Shown in pieces: positions 1 to 6,384 of a stretch of 64,000 nucleotides of DNA (the stretch's first letter is position 1; every line of letters begins with the position of its first letter). Made by a program: the position numbers and the translations under genes. Under the pieces are notes generated by a model. It ran no database searches and was not told the origin of the DNA. It saw only the letters and a list, made by a program, of their open reading frames with translations. The DNA lies in IMG/VR virus record IMGVR_UViG_3300042924_004713, positions 64,001 through 128,000 of that record, one strand, 5' to 3'. This DNA comes from a virus.

Positions 1-31
1 ACTCCAGGGCTTTTTGTTTTTTAAGGGAAAA

Positions 32-187
32 ATGAAAGAAAATAACGATGAAAAACTTTTGCATCAGCTCAAGGAGCACGTACTAACAGCAGAACAATTG
101 GCCGAACTTATTGAAGCCAAGCTGGAACGAGCTAGGCTGATGCAACAAGGCTTTAGACAGTTACAACTCGCAAAAAACGTGTTATAA
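32..187 (+). CDS. small hypothetical protein (51 aa, MKENNDEKLLHQLKEHV...)
   Basis: Manual translation; AAGGGA upstream; below the ORF-track length cutoff. Confidence 0.5.
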   Translation: MKENNDEKLLHQLKEHVLTAEQLAELIEAKLERARLMQQGFRQLQLAKNVL

Positions 188-319
188 TTGTTGAGTGTTT
201 AAGGTAACGAGGACCAGTGATTCACTAAAAATCACAAACGGGCGGACAGTACACATGAAAACCCTGGCGGCAACGAGGTGAGTAAGACTACTGGTTGGGG
301 TGTCGACCCCAACATATGG

Positions 320-348
320 TTGACCAATATTTGGCGTTTGTTTATAAT
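320..348 (+). promoter_or_regulatory. sigma70-like promoter TTGACC-N17-TATAAT
   Basis: Near-consensus -35/-10 boxes with 17-nt spacer; same motif recurs across the window. Confidence 0.75.
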
Positions 349-361
349 GCTCAATGTTGGG

Positions 362-464
362 ACCATATTGAAGCACACTAAGCCGAAGGGCGCACGACGG
401 GTGGTAATGCTGTCCGATGCCGACAGTGAGGCGGTTCGAATCCCCTAGTGTGTTTCAATATGGT
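362..464 (+). ncRNA. tRNA-like RNA closed by a 19-bp stem
   Basis: 362-380 pairs with 446-464; internal CTGTC/GACAG arm with 7-nt loop and GGTTCGAATCC T-loop; no CCA end. Confidence 0.55.
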
Positions 465-469
465 TTTGA

Positions 470-668
470 ATCCCGCAGTCCCTTCTGCGTTATTAAAGGG
501 GGTGGTTGGCGTCACCACAATGCCAGGGCTCATACGATGAAAGCCTCAGAACCCGCAGACATGGGTGCCAGAAAAATCGTAGGTGGGTATCACGCCTAGC
601 CAGAAGTAAGTGTGATGGACAGAGTAACAGCTCAGTCAGGGGCTTGAGGGATCAAGTGGCCTGACACC
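470..668 (+). ncRNA. putative structured ncRNA, copy A
   Basis: 5' H-type pseudoknot (CGCAG/CTGCG; TCCCTT/AAGGGG); 3' module shared with 1001-1196. Confidence 0.55.
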
Positions 669-718
669 TAACTACAAGGAGAGTCCATTATGGACAGTGA
701 CAAGAGTGGTAAGATGAA

Positions 719-794
719 GGAGCTATAGTCAAACGGTTAAGACAGCGGACTTTTAATCCGTCAGGTCAGGGTTCGAATCCCTGTGGCTCCACCA
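719..794 (+). tRNA. tRNA-Lys(TTT)
   Basis: Cloverleaf, anticodon loop CTTTTAA, encoded CCA. Confidence 0.95.
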
Positions 795-875
795 TATAAA
801 AACACATTCGAACACATATAGGCGGCCGGCGCTAGGGAAATCTTTACGGAGTTCCTGGAATGTGTTTCTATATGG

Positions 876-904
876 TTGACCAATTAAATTCTTTTTGTTA
901 TACT
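876..904 (+). promoter_or_regulatory. sigma70-like promoter TTGACC-N17-TATACT
   Basis: -35/-10 with 17-nt spacer upstream of tRNA-Met. Confidence 0.7.
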
Positions 905-923
905 AGACAAAATACAATACAGC

Positions 924-1000
924 GGCGGAGGGGAGAAACGGTTTACTCGTTGGTCTCATAAGCCAAAGACATCAGGTTCGATTCCTGTTCTCCGCAACCA
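924..1000 (+). tRNA. tRNA-Met(CAT), initiator-like but atypical
   Basis: CTCATAA loop, 1:72 mismatch, CCGCAACCA end; lacks the three consecutive G-C anticodon-stem pairs. Confidence 0.8.
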
Positions 1001-1196
1001 GTTCCGGTTACTACTTTCCTGAAAGTAGGGGGCGCCACACCATAGTTAGGCCGGTTGGCTAGGCTACCGTTAGCGCAATGCAGAGCAGAGCACCTAGATA
1101 TGCGGACAAAACCGCTAGCACGAGACGCTGAAACAAATGTGGACAGGGTAACCACTCCAGGATAGGGGCGACTGTGGAAAAGCGTGGCCTAACCAA
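1001..1196 (+). ncRNA. putative structured ncRNA, copy B
   Basis: CTACTTT/AAAGTAG pairing at the 5' end; 3' module TGGACAG..GTAAC..CTC..AGGGGC..GTGGCCT shared with copy A. Confidence 0.55.
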
Positions 1197-1313
1197 GATT
1201 TAAAATAAAACAGAAGTGAGCGATCTGTCTCTGAAAAGAGTTTAGCAAGGGTTGATGCGGTATCACAGCTTCGGCATCTGTAACAGCGATTCCTTGTTAG
1301 TTCTCGATTTTAT

Positions 1314-1388
1314 GCACGGTTCGTCTATCGGTTAGGACACAGCCCTTTCAAGGCTGGAAGACGGGTTCGATTCCCGTACCGTGTACCA
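1314..1388 (+). tRNA. tRNA-Glu(TTC)
   Basis: Cloverleaf, loop CTTTCAA, CCA. Confidence 0.95.
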
Positions 1389-1392
1389 AACG

Positions 1393-1588
1393 TTCCAGCG
1401 TCACTGGATACTCTGGTCCCGGAGGATGAGAAGTGTGGTGACACACACGGGCGGTACACTTCTAGCCTAAAGTGCGCTGGCAATGCGAGAACGGTCCCGG
1501 TCGTGGAGCGGGTGGAGGCTGTGTGTGATGGTGCTAGGACTACTTGGTGCTTGATGCAGTATAATTACCGCCGCGGGACGCAGAGCAT
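1393..1588 (+). ncRNA. putative multi-pseudoknot ncRNA
   Basis: Crossing helices CCAGCG/CGCTGG, CTCTG-GTCCC/GGGAC-CAGAG and GGCGGTA/TACCGCC; GC-rich, no credible ORF. Confidence 0.6.
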
Positions 1589-1593
1589 TTTTA

Positions 1594-1753
1594 GATTATA
1601 ACAGCAAGTGCTGATACAGGTAGCGTGACAGGACGCTGTCACTATGCGGGCTCTCCCGGCCGGGGACGGGTCCTGACATAACTGGCCTCGGCTTTGACCT
1701 TGTTAGCGCAAGACGTCTAAATTGGCATTATCTCAGCACTTGCTATTATGATC
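1594..1753 (+). ncRNA. putative ncRNA with long closing stem
   Basis: AGCAAGTGCTGA/TCAGCACTTGCT 12-bp perfect stem plus extension; internal GTGACAG/CTGTCAC hairpin. Confidence 0.55.
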
Positions 1754-1755
1754 TT

Positions 1756-1830
1756 GGTCTCAAAGTGTTCATGGACGCACGTAGGCCTGTCACGCCTAAA
1801 GAAGGGGATCGTTACCCCTTGGGACCGCCA
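1756..1830 (+). tRNA. tRNA-Asp(GTC)
   Basis: Loop CTGTCAC, G73-CCA; non-canonical T-loop ATCGTTA. Confidence 0.9.
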
Positions 1831-1848
1831 AAAACAGTAAATACAGGC

Positions 1849-2094
1849 ATGAAAGAACTACTGAAAAATCTACCGCAGATTCTCAGTGCCCTGCCTGAAA
1901 TCGTAAAATATTTGAAATATCTGCCTGTGATTATGTTGCTGGCTGGTATTGGGTTTGGTGTTTACTATGCTGTGGAAAATAAAAAAGATCCATATGTGTG
2001 TGTAAACAACCATGTGTTTGAGCAACTGCGTGTGGACAGTGATGTCTATGTATTCAAAGGTGGCACCTGCGTGGATGCCAAAGATCTAAAATAA
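1849..2094 (+). CDS. small membrane protein (81 aa)
   Basis: ATG at 1849 follows TAAATA-N5; one hydrophobic segment; the longer ORF start overlaps tRNA-Asp. Confidence 0.7.
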   Translation: MKELLKNLPQILSALPEIVKYLKYLPVIMLLAGIGFGVYYAVENKKDPYVCVNNHVFEQLRVDSDVYVFKGGTCVDAKDLK

Positions 2095-2100
2095 ATTTCA

Positions 2101-2193
2101 GGGTGTCTTGTAGCTATGGCGTGTGCTACACCGGACTGTAAATCCGGTCCCTCGTGGTAAACATTCGCGGTTCGAATCCGTGGACACCCACCA
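2101..2193 (+). tRNA. tRNA-Tyr(GTA)
   Basis: Loop CTGTAAA, long variable region, enlarged D-arm, CCA. Confidence 0.9.
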
Positions 2194-2200
2194 GTGTTAT

Positions 2201-2276
2201 TCCAGCGTAGCTCAGAGGTAGAAGCAGCGGACTGTTAATCCGTTTGTCGTTGGTTCGATCCCAACCGCTGGAGCCA
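2201..2276 (+). tRNA. tRNA-Asn(GTT)
   Basis: Loop CTGTTAA, GCCA end. Confidence 0.95.
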
Positions 2277-2281
2277 ATCAA

Positions 2282-2356
2282 GGGCTGATAGTGATAGCGA
2301 GAGCACACTCGGTTTGCACCCGAGAGGTCGGGGTTTGACTCCCCGTCGGTCCACCA
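2282..2356 (+). tRNA. tRNA-Ala(TGC)
   Basis: Loop TTTGCAC, G3.U70 pair, CCA. Confidence 0.9.
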
Positions 2357-2371
2357 AACAAGGAGAAAATA

Positions 2372-2626
2372 ATGTTGAGAGATTACACACCCAAGATAGC
2401 CAAGGCTGATCTTGAACATGGTGCATATTACACAGGTAGTTGCCGTAATGCCAGCGTAGCTCGTTGGGATAGTAATAAACAATGCTTTGTGCATTGGCGT
2501 TCGAAGTTTGGCGATAGGTTTCTTGAAGAAATACGTCATCCTGAAGATGACTCTGTGTTTGATGTTTTTGTAGTAGAAAGCAAGATTACTCATCCAGTGG
2601 AAGAAATACCACTAGATAGGATTTAA
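2372..2626 (+). CDS. hypothetical phage protein
   Basis: AAGGAG RBS; fills the gap between two tRNAs. Confidence 0.8.
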   Translation: MLRDYTPKIAKADLEHGAYYTGSCRNASVARWDSNKQCFVHWRSKFGDRFLEEIRHPEDDSVFDVFVVESKITHPVEEIPLDRI

Positions 2627-2627
2627 T

Positions 2628-2703
2628 GGTGTCCGTAGTGTAGTGGTCTGCACGGGTGTCTGTGGAACACTCAGCGTCGGTTCAATCCCGATCGGATACC
2701 CCA
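2628..2703 (+). tRNA. tRNA-His(GTG)
   Basis: Loop CTGTGGA, G-1:C73. Confidence 0.92.
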
Positions 2704-2705
2704 AT

Positions 2706-2783
2706 GCATCGGTACCAGAGCGGCCTAATGGCGGAGTCTGCAAAACTCTCGATTCGCTGGTTCAAATCCAGCCCGATGCTCCA
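2706..2783 (+). tRNA. tRNA-Cys(GCA)
   Basis: Loop CTGCAAA, U73-CCA. Confidence 0.93.
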
Positions 2784-2790
2784 AACATAT

Positions 2791-2868
2791 ACCGCTTTAG
2801 CTCAGTTGGATTAGAGCATTGGCCTACGAAGCCAAGGGTCGGGGGTTCGAGTCCCTCAGGCGGTACCA
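2791..2868 (+). tRNA. tRNA-Arg(ACG)
   Basis: Loop CTACGAA, CCA. Confidence 0.93.
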
Positions 2869-2877
2869 TAAAGTTAT

Positions 2878-2951
2878 TCCGGTGTGGTGTAATGGCAGCG
2901 CGGCGGTCTCCAAAACCGTTAGTGGGGGTTCGATTCCCTCCACCGGAGCCA
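2878..2951 (+). tRNA. tRNA-Trp(CCA)
   Basis: Loop CTCCAAA, G73-CCA. Confidence 0.93.
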
Positions 2952-2955
2952 AATT

Positions 2956-3029
2956 GGTCAGTTAGCTCAAAGGTAGAGCACACGGCTGATAACCGTGAGA
3001 CACTGGATCGTTACCAGTACTGACTACCA
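2956..3029 (+). tRNA. tRNA-Ile(GAT)
   Basis: Loop CTGATAA; T-loop ATCGTTA. Confidence 0.9.
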
Positions 3030-3033
3030 TGAT

Positions 3034-3110
3034 GGCGATGTAGCATAGTTGGTCAATGCAGCCGCTTCATACGCGGAAGATCGGGGGCTCGAATCCCTCC
3101 ATCGCTACCA
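3034..3110 (+). tRNA. tRNA-Met(CAT), elongator-type
   Basis: Loop TTCATAC, paired 1:72, A73-CCA; an Ile2 identity cannot be excluded. Confidence 0.85.
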
Positions 3111-3111
3111 T

Positions 3112-3187
3112 GCTGATATAGCTCATTAGGTAGAGCACCGCCTTGGTAAGGCGGAGGTGACCAGTTCGATTCTGGTTATCAGCACCA
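3112..3187 (+). tRNA. tRNA-Thr(GGT)
   Basis: Loop TTGGTAA, CCA. Confidence 0.95.
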
Positions 3188-3191
3188 AAAA

Positions 3192-3279
3192 GGAAGTGTG
3201 CCAGAGAGGTCTATTGGAGCAGTCTTGAAAACTGTCGTATCGCAAGGTACCGTGAGTTCGAATCCCACCACTTCCGCCA
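3192..3279 (+). tRNA. tRNA-Ser(TGA)
   Basis: Loop CTTGAAA, long variable arm, G73. Confidence 0.93.
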
Positions 3280-3316
3280 AATATTTTCTAAAAGCATAGT
3301 GCATACTAACTAAACA

Positions 3317-3433
3317 ATGCGCCCGCTTTTATTTTTTATCTGTTGTATTCCTTTGGTCTGGTACTGGATGTGGCTAGCTCGACGTGTGCCACCCATGCCA
3401 GATCAAGAAGAAGACGACAACCGGCCCCGTTAG
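3317..3433 (+). CDS. small membrane peptide (38 aa, MRPLLFFICCIPLVWYWMWLARR...)
   Basis: Manual translation; hydrophobic N-terminus with acidic tail; stop codon lies inside the 5' end of tRNA-Thr. Confidence 0.5.
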   Translation: MRPLLFFICCIPLVWYWMWLARRVPPMPDQEEDDNRPR

Positions 3434-3497
3434 TTAAACGGTATAACACTTGATTTGTAATCATGGATCGGCAGTTCGATTCTGTCACGGGGCACCA
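3424..3497 (+). tRNA. tRNA-Thr(TGT)
   Basis: Loop TTTGTAA, CCA. Confidence 0.92.
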
Positions 3498-3505
3498 GTT
3501 TTCAC

Positions 3506-3534
3506 TTGATCTAAAATACTATTTGCAGTATACT
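3506..3534 (+). promoter_or_regulatory. sigma70-like promoter TTGATC-N17-TATACT
   Basis: 17-nt spacing, directly upstream of tRNA-Ser. Confidence 0.55.
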
Positions 3535-3542
3535 ACTAACAT

Positions 3543-3634
3543 GGAGCGTTGGCCGAGTGGTCGAAGGCAGCGGTTTGCTAAACCGTCGTATTGAGAAATC
3601 AGTACCATTAGTTCGAATCTAATACGCTCCGCCA
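3543..3634 (+). tRNA. tRNA-Ser(GCT)
   Basis: Loop TTGCTAA, long variable arm, GCCA. Confidence 0.93.
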
Positions 3635-3654
3635 TTTTTTTTTTGAGGTCTAAC

Positions 3655-3843
3655 ATGAAAACTTTGAATCTAGTTCTTCCACTGATCGTACTATTGTTTT
3701 GTGTGGCTGGTATGATTACCGGTTACGGTGCCAACAACATGGCAGCAGTGTATGCAAATGTCACTGCGATGTTTGGCTGGGGCATAGTGGCCATGGATGC
3801 ATGGCGTGAATACAAACAACGGGCTGACTCTGGCGACCTTTAA
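3655..3843 (+). CDS. small two-TM membrane protein
   Basis: GAGG RBS, two hydrophobic helices. Confidence 0.7.
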   Translation: MKTLNLVLPLIVLLFCVAGMITGYGANNMAAVYANVTAMFGWGIVAMDAWREYKQRADSGDL

Positions 3844-3892
3844 TCCTTCCAACGGATAGAGTAGCAGGTTCAATTCCTGTCAAGGCCCGCCA
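3821..3892 (+). pseudogene. degenerate tRNA (Trp CCA-like) overlapped by a CDS end
   Basis: Intact T-arm GCAGGTTCAATTCCTGT, GCCA end and ATCC-TTCCAAC-GGAT arm; D-arm and acceptor stem decayed. Confidence 0.5.
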
Positions 3893-3898
3893 TATAAT

Positions 3899-3973
3899 CG
3901 GTCCGTAGCTCAGCGGAAGAGTTCTGGTCTTCGAAACCAGCTGTCGGGAGTTCGAATCTCTCCGGACCGGCCA
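3899..3973 (+). tRNA. tRNA-Arg(TCG)
   Basis: Loop CTTCGAA, GCCA. Confidence 0.92.
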
Positions 3974-3990
3974 ACTTAAAAGGATTTATT

Positions 3991-4458
3991 GTGCCACGTA
4001 TCGACGTAGATGAAATAAAACAATTTGTAGACAACTGTGGCCCAGGTACTCGTGTATATCTCGGTGCTGATAGTATTAGATATAGAGAAAAAAACATATG
4101 GTACGCTGAATACACTGTTGCGGTTGTGATACACATCAATGGCAACAACGGTTGCAAGATCTTTGGCGAGATCACAAGAGAACGTGACTATGACCACAAG
4201 CTCAGCAAACCTGCCATGCGGTTAATGAATGAAGTATATCGTGTTAGTGAGATGTTTCAGAGGCTAGCACCAGTAATGGGTGACTTTCCAGTTGAAGTAC
4301 ATCTGGATATCAATCCCAATGAAGCACACGGTAGTAGTTGTGTAGTTGGTCAGGCCATTGGCTACATTCGCGGTACTTGTAATGTGATTCCTTTGGTAAA
4401 GCCAAAGGCATTTGCAGCAAGCTATGCAGCAGACAGAATTGCCAATGGAGCATTATAG
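3991..4458 (+). CDS. RNase H-like YkuK/DUF458 family protein
   Basis: Motifs VYLGADS, EVHLDIN, KPKAFAASYAAD. Confidence 0.8.
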   Translation: MPRIDVDEIKQFVDNCGPGTRVYLGADSIRYREKNIWYAEYTVAVVIHINGNNGCKIFGEITRERDYDHKLSKPAMRLMNEVYRVSEMFQRLAPVMGDFPVEVHLDINPNEAHGSSCVVGQAIGYIRGTCNVIPLVKPKAFAASYAADRIANGAL

Positions 4459-4464
4459 ATCTAA

Positions 4465-4539
4465 GCGGCTATGGCGTAGTTGGTAACGCATGTGCTTGCC
4501 AAGCATAAGTCACCGGATCGTACCCGGTTAGCCGCTCCA
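4465..4539 (+). tRNA. tRNA-Gly(GCC)
   Basis: Loop TTGCCAA, U73; T-loop ATCGTAC. Confidence 0.9.
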
Positions 4540-4545
4540 GTAGTT

Positions 4546-4621
4546 GCGGGCGTAGCTCAGTTGGTAGAGCATTTGCCTTCCAAGCAAAATGTCGAGAGTT
4601 CGAACCTCTTCGCCCGCTCCA
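4546..4621 (+). tRNA. tRNA-Gly(TCC)
   Basis: Loop CTTCCAA, U73-CCA. Confidence 0.95.
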
Positions 4622-4627
4622 GTATTA

Positions 4628-4702
4628 CCGACCGTCGTTCAATGGATAGGACATGGAGCTTCTACCTCCAGAATGTGGGTTCGATTCCTGCCGGTCGGGC
4701 CA
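4628..4702 (+). tRNA. tRNA-Arg(TCT)
   Basis: Loop CTTCTAC, GCCA. Confidence 0.92.
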
Positions 4703-4718
4703 GTATAAAGGAAATATT

Positions 4719-4868
4719 ATGCCAATGTATGAAACCACTGTGAAGACTCCGCAGGGAGAAACCAAAGATCGTGTATGGGCAAAAGATTTACAAGAAGCAC
4801 GGCAACTGTTTGAACAGCGTCATGGTCCAAGGAATGTGCCTTATATTCCCAAGATCATACCAAGTTAG
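4719..4868 (+). CDS. small hypothetical protein (49 aa)
   Basis: AAGGA RBS before ATG 4719. Confidence 0.7.
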   Translation: MPMYETTVKTPQGETKDRVWAKDLQEARQLFEQRHGPRNVPYIPKIIPS

Positions 4869-4874
4869 TACTAT

Positions 4875-4950
4875 TGGGGATTCGCCAAGTTGGTAAGGCA
4901 GCGGATTTTGATTCCGCCATGCGGGGGTTCGAGTCCCTCATCCCCTACCA
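4875..4950 (+). tRNA. tRNA-Gln(TTG)
   Basis: Loop TTTTGAT, weak 1:72 pair, CCA. Confidence 0.93.
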
Positions 4951-5032
4951 TATAACCAGGAGACCAATCATGGGGCAATCGTTGTGATAGTTATGATGGT
5001 AGCATTGATTTATGTAATAGACCGGCAGTAAC

Positions 5033-5110
5033 CTCGGTGTAGCGCAGTCTGGGTAGCGCATCTGCTTTGGGAGCAGAGGGTCGGGAGTTCGAATCTCTCC
5101 ACCGAGACCA
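5033..5110 (+). tRNA. tRNA-Pro(TGG)
   Basis: Loop TTTGGGA, C1-G72, ACCA. Confidence 0.95.
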
Positions 5111-5123
5111 ATTAAATACAAGC

Positions 5124-5360
5124 ATGTTGGTTGATCGTCATGCTTTTGTGTACACGGCCACTGTGCCGTGGCCCGCTGGAATCGTACCACAGCTGGACTG
5201 GATTCAAGGCGTTGAACTTGTGGAGTCCTGGCTGCAGACTCATGTTGGCAAACACTATGTGACCTGGGCCTGGAATGACAGTAAATCCTCATATCAACTA
5301 GGTGTGGCATTCAAGTGGGATCAAGATAGATCAATTTTTGTATTAACCTGGGCCCGTTAG
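5124..5360 (+). CDS. hypothetical Trp-rich phage protein
   Basis: ATG follows TAAATA-N5; stop codon overlaps the 5' end of tRNA-Val. Confidence 0.7.
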   Translation: MLVDRHAFVYTATVPWPAGIVPQLDWIQGVELVESWLQTHVGKHYVTWAWNDSKSSYQLGVAFKWDQDRSIFVLTWAR

Positions 5361-5424
5361 TTTAATGGTAGAACTCCGTCTTTACACGGCGGTTACGGCA
5401 GTTCGATTCTGTCACGGGCTACCA
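5351..5424 (+). tRNA. tRNA-Val(TAC)
   Basis: Loop TTTACAC, CCA. Confidence 0.92.
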
Positions 5425-5426
5425 AG

Positions 5427-5502
5427 GCCGACTAAGCTAATCTAGTGAAAGCATGTGTCTGAAGAACACGAGAGCCTGGAGCGTAACCAGGAGTCGGCAC
5501 CA
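5427..5502 (+). tRNA. tRNA-Phe(GAA), non-canonical elbow
   Basis: Loop CTGAAGA; T-loop AGCGTAA; D-loop lacks GG. Confidence 0.87.
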
Positions 5503-5565
5503 TTTCCTTGGCAAAATATAGAATAAATGTTGCAGTGCAATAAATATCCTATATACAAAAAGGAA

Positions 5566-5739
5566 ATGACCATGTCGCAGCTTATAACACATATATTAGA
5601 ACGTTTGAGTGAAATGTTTCCCGAAGAAAGCTATCAGAGTCGTCTGGAAAACTACATCATCAGTAGAGATCCAAAGACTGCTTCGGACATTGAAAAGTTT
5701 GAAAGAGAATTCACCTACGGTTCTAATAGGACTCTTTGA
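5566..5739 (+). CDS. DUF3563-like small protein
   Basis: AAGGA RBS; LENYI...DIEKFEREF pattern resembles betaproteobacterial DUF3563. Confidence 0.55.
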   Translation: MTMSQLITHILERLSEMFPEESYQSRLENYIISRDPKTASDIEKFEREFTYGSNRTL

Positions 5740-5834
5740 TATGTGGCATCGTATCATAAGCGCAGTTATTGATTATCGTCAACGCCAGGCAGATCTATAT
5801 CTGCGCTGCTTAATTTCAACAATTTAAAAACAAA

Positions 5835-5914
5835 GCCCCGGTGGTGGAATGGTAGACACGCTAGTCTTAGGAACTAGTCTTCGGGTGCGAGTTCGAGTCT
5901 CGCCTGGGGCACCA
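5835..5914 (+). tRNA. tRNA-Leu(TAG)
   Basis: Loop CTTAGGA, A73-CCA. Confidence 0.93.
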
Positions 5915-5921
5915 TAATTCT

Positions 5922-5998
5922 GCGGATGTGACGGAACAGGTATACGTATCGGACTTAAAATCCGAGTTTTGAGGGTTCGAGTCCCTCCATCCGTACCA
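5922..5998 (+). tRNA. tRNA-Leu(TAA), short variable loop
   Basis: Loop CTTAAAA, Leu-type D-loop, 5-nt variable region. Confidence 0.9.
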
Positions 5999-6008
5999 AG
6001 GAGTCAAC

Positions 6009-6383
6009 ATGAAAATTCTAGATCAAGATTTTAGATTTGAATGGTTTAGTTCCACTGGTGGCGGTGGACAACATCGCAACAAACATCAGAACTGTTGTCG
6101 TTGTATCCATGTGCCCACTGGCATACAGGCCAATGGCACTTCAAGTCGCAGCAGAGAAGACAATCGCAAGAATGCTCTAGCAGTGTGTCGTGCTAGAGTA
6201 CAACGACATTTTCACAAGGATACCGAACGTTATCGTGCTTCCAATGAACGTGTACGCACATATCATGAAGTAGACAATCGAGTGTATGATCATGCTTCGG
6301 GCTTGACTGACACCTATCAAAATGTCATTGTCAAGGGCAATGTTGACAAACTGATTCAAGCCCGAGCACAAGCTGTAAAATAA
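6009..6383 (+). CDS. truncated class I release-factor-like peptidyl-tRNA hydrolase (GGQ; ArfB/PrfH-like)
   Basis: GGGGQHRNK, HVPTGI, SRSREDNR and RVRTYH...RVYDH motifs of RF domains 3-4; no stop-codon-reading domain. Confidence 0.85.
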   Translation: MKILDQDFRFEWFSSTGGGGQHRNKHQNCCRCIHVPTGIQANGTSSRSREDNRKNALAVCRARVQRHFHKDTERYRASNERVRTYHEVDNRVYDHASGLTDTYQNVIVKGNVDKLIQARAQAVK

Positions 6384-6384
6384 A

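Noticed and set aside
4955-5031. Tiny hydrophobic ORF between tRNA-Gln and tRNA-Pro
   Set aside because: The ATG after GGAG gives only 5 codons, and the hydrophobic frame lacks a convincing start codon
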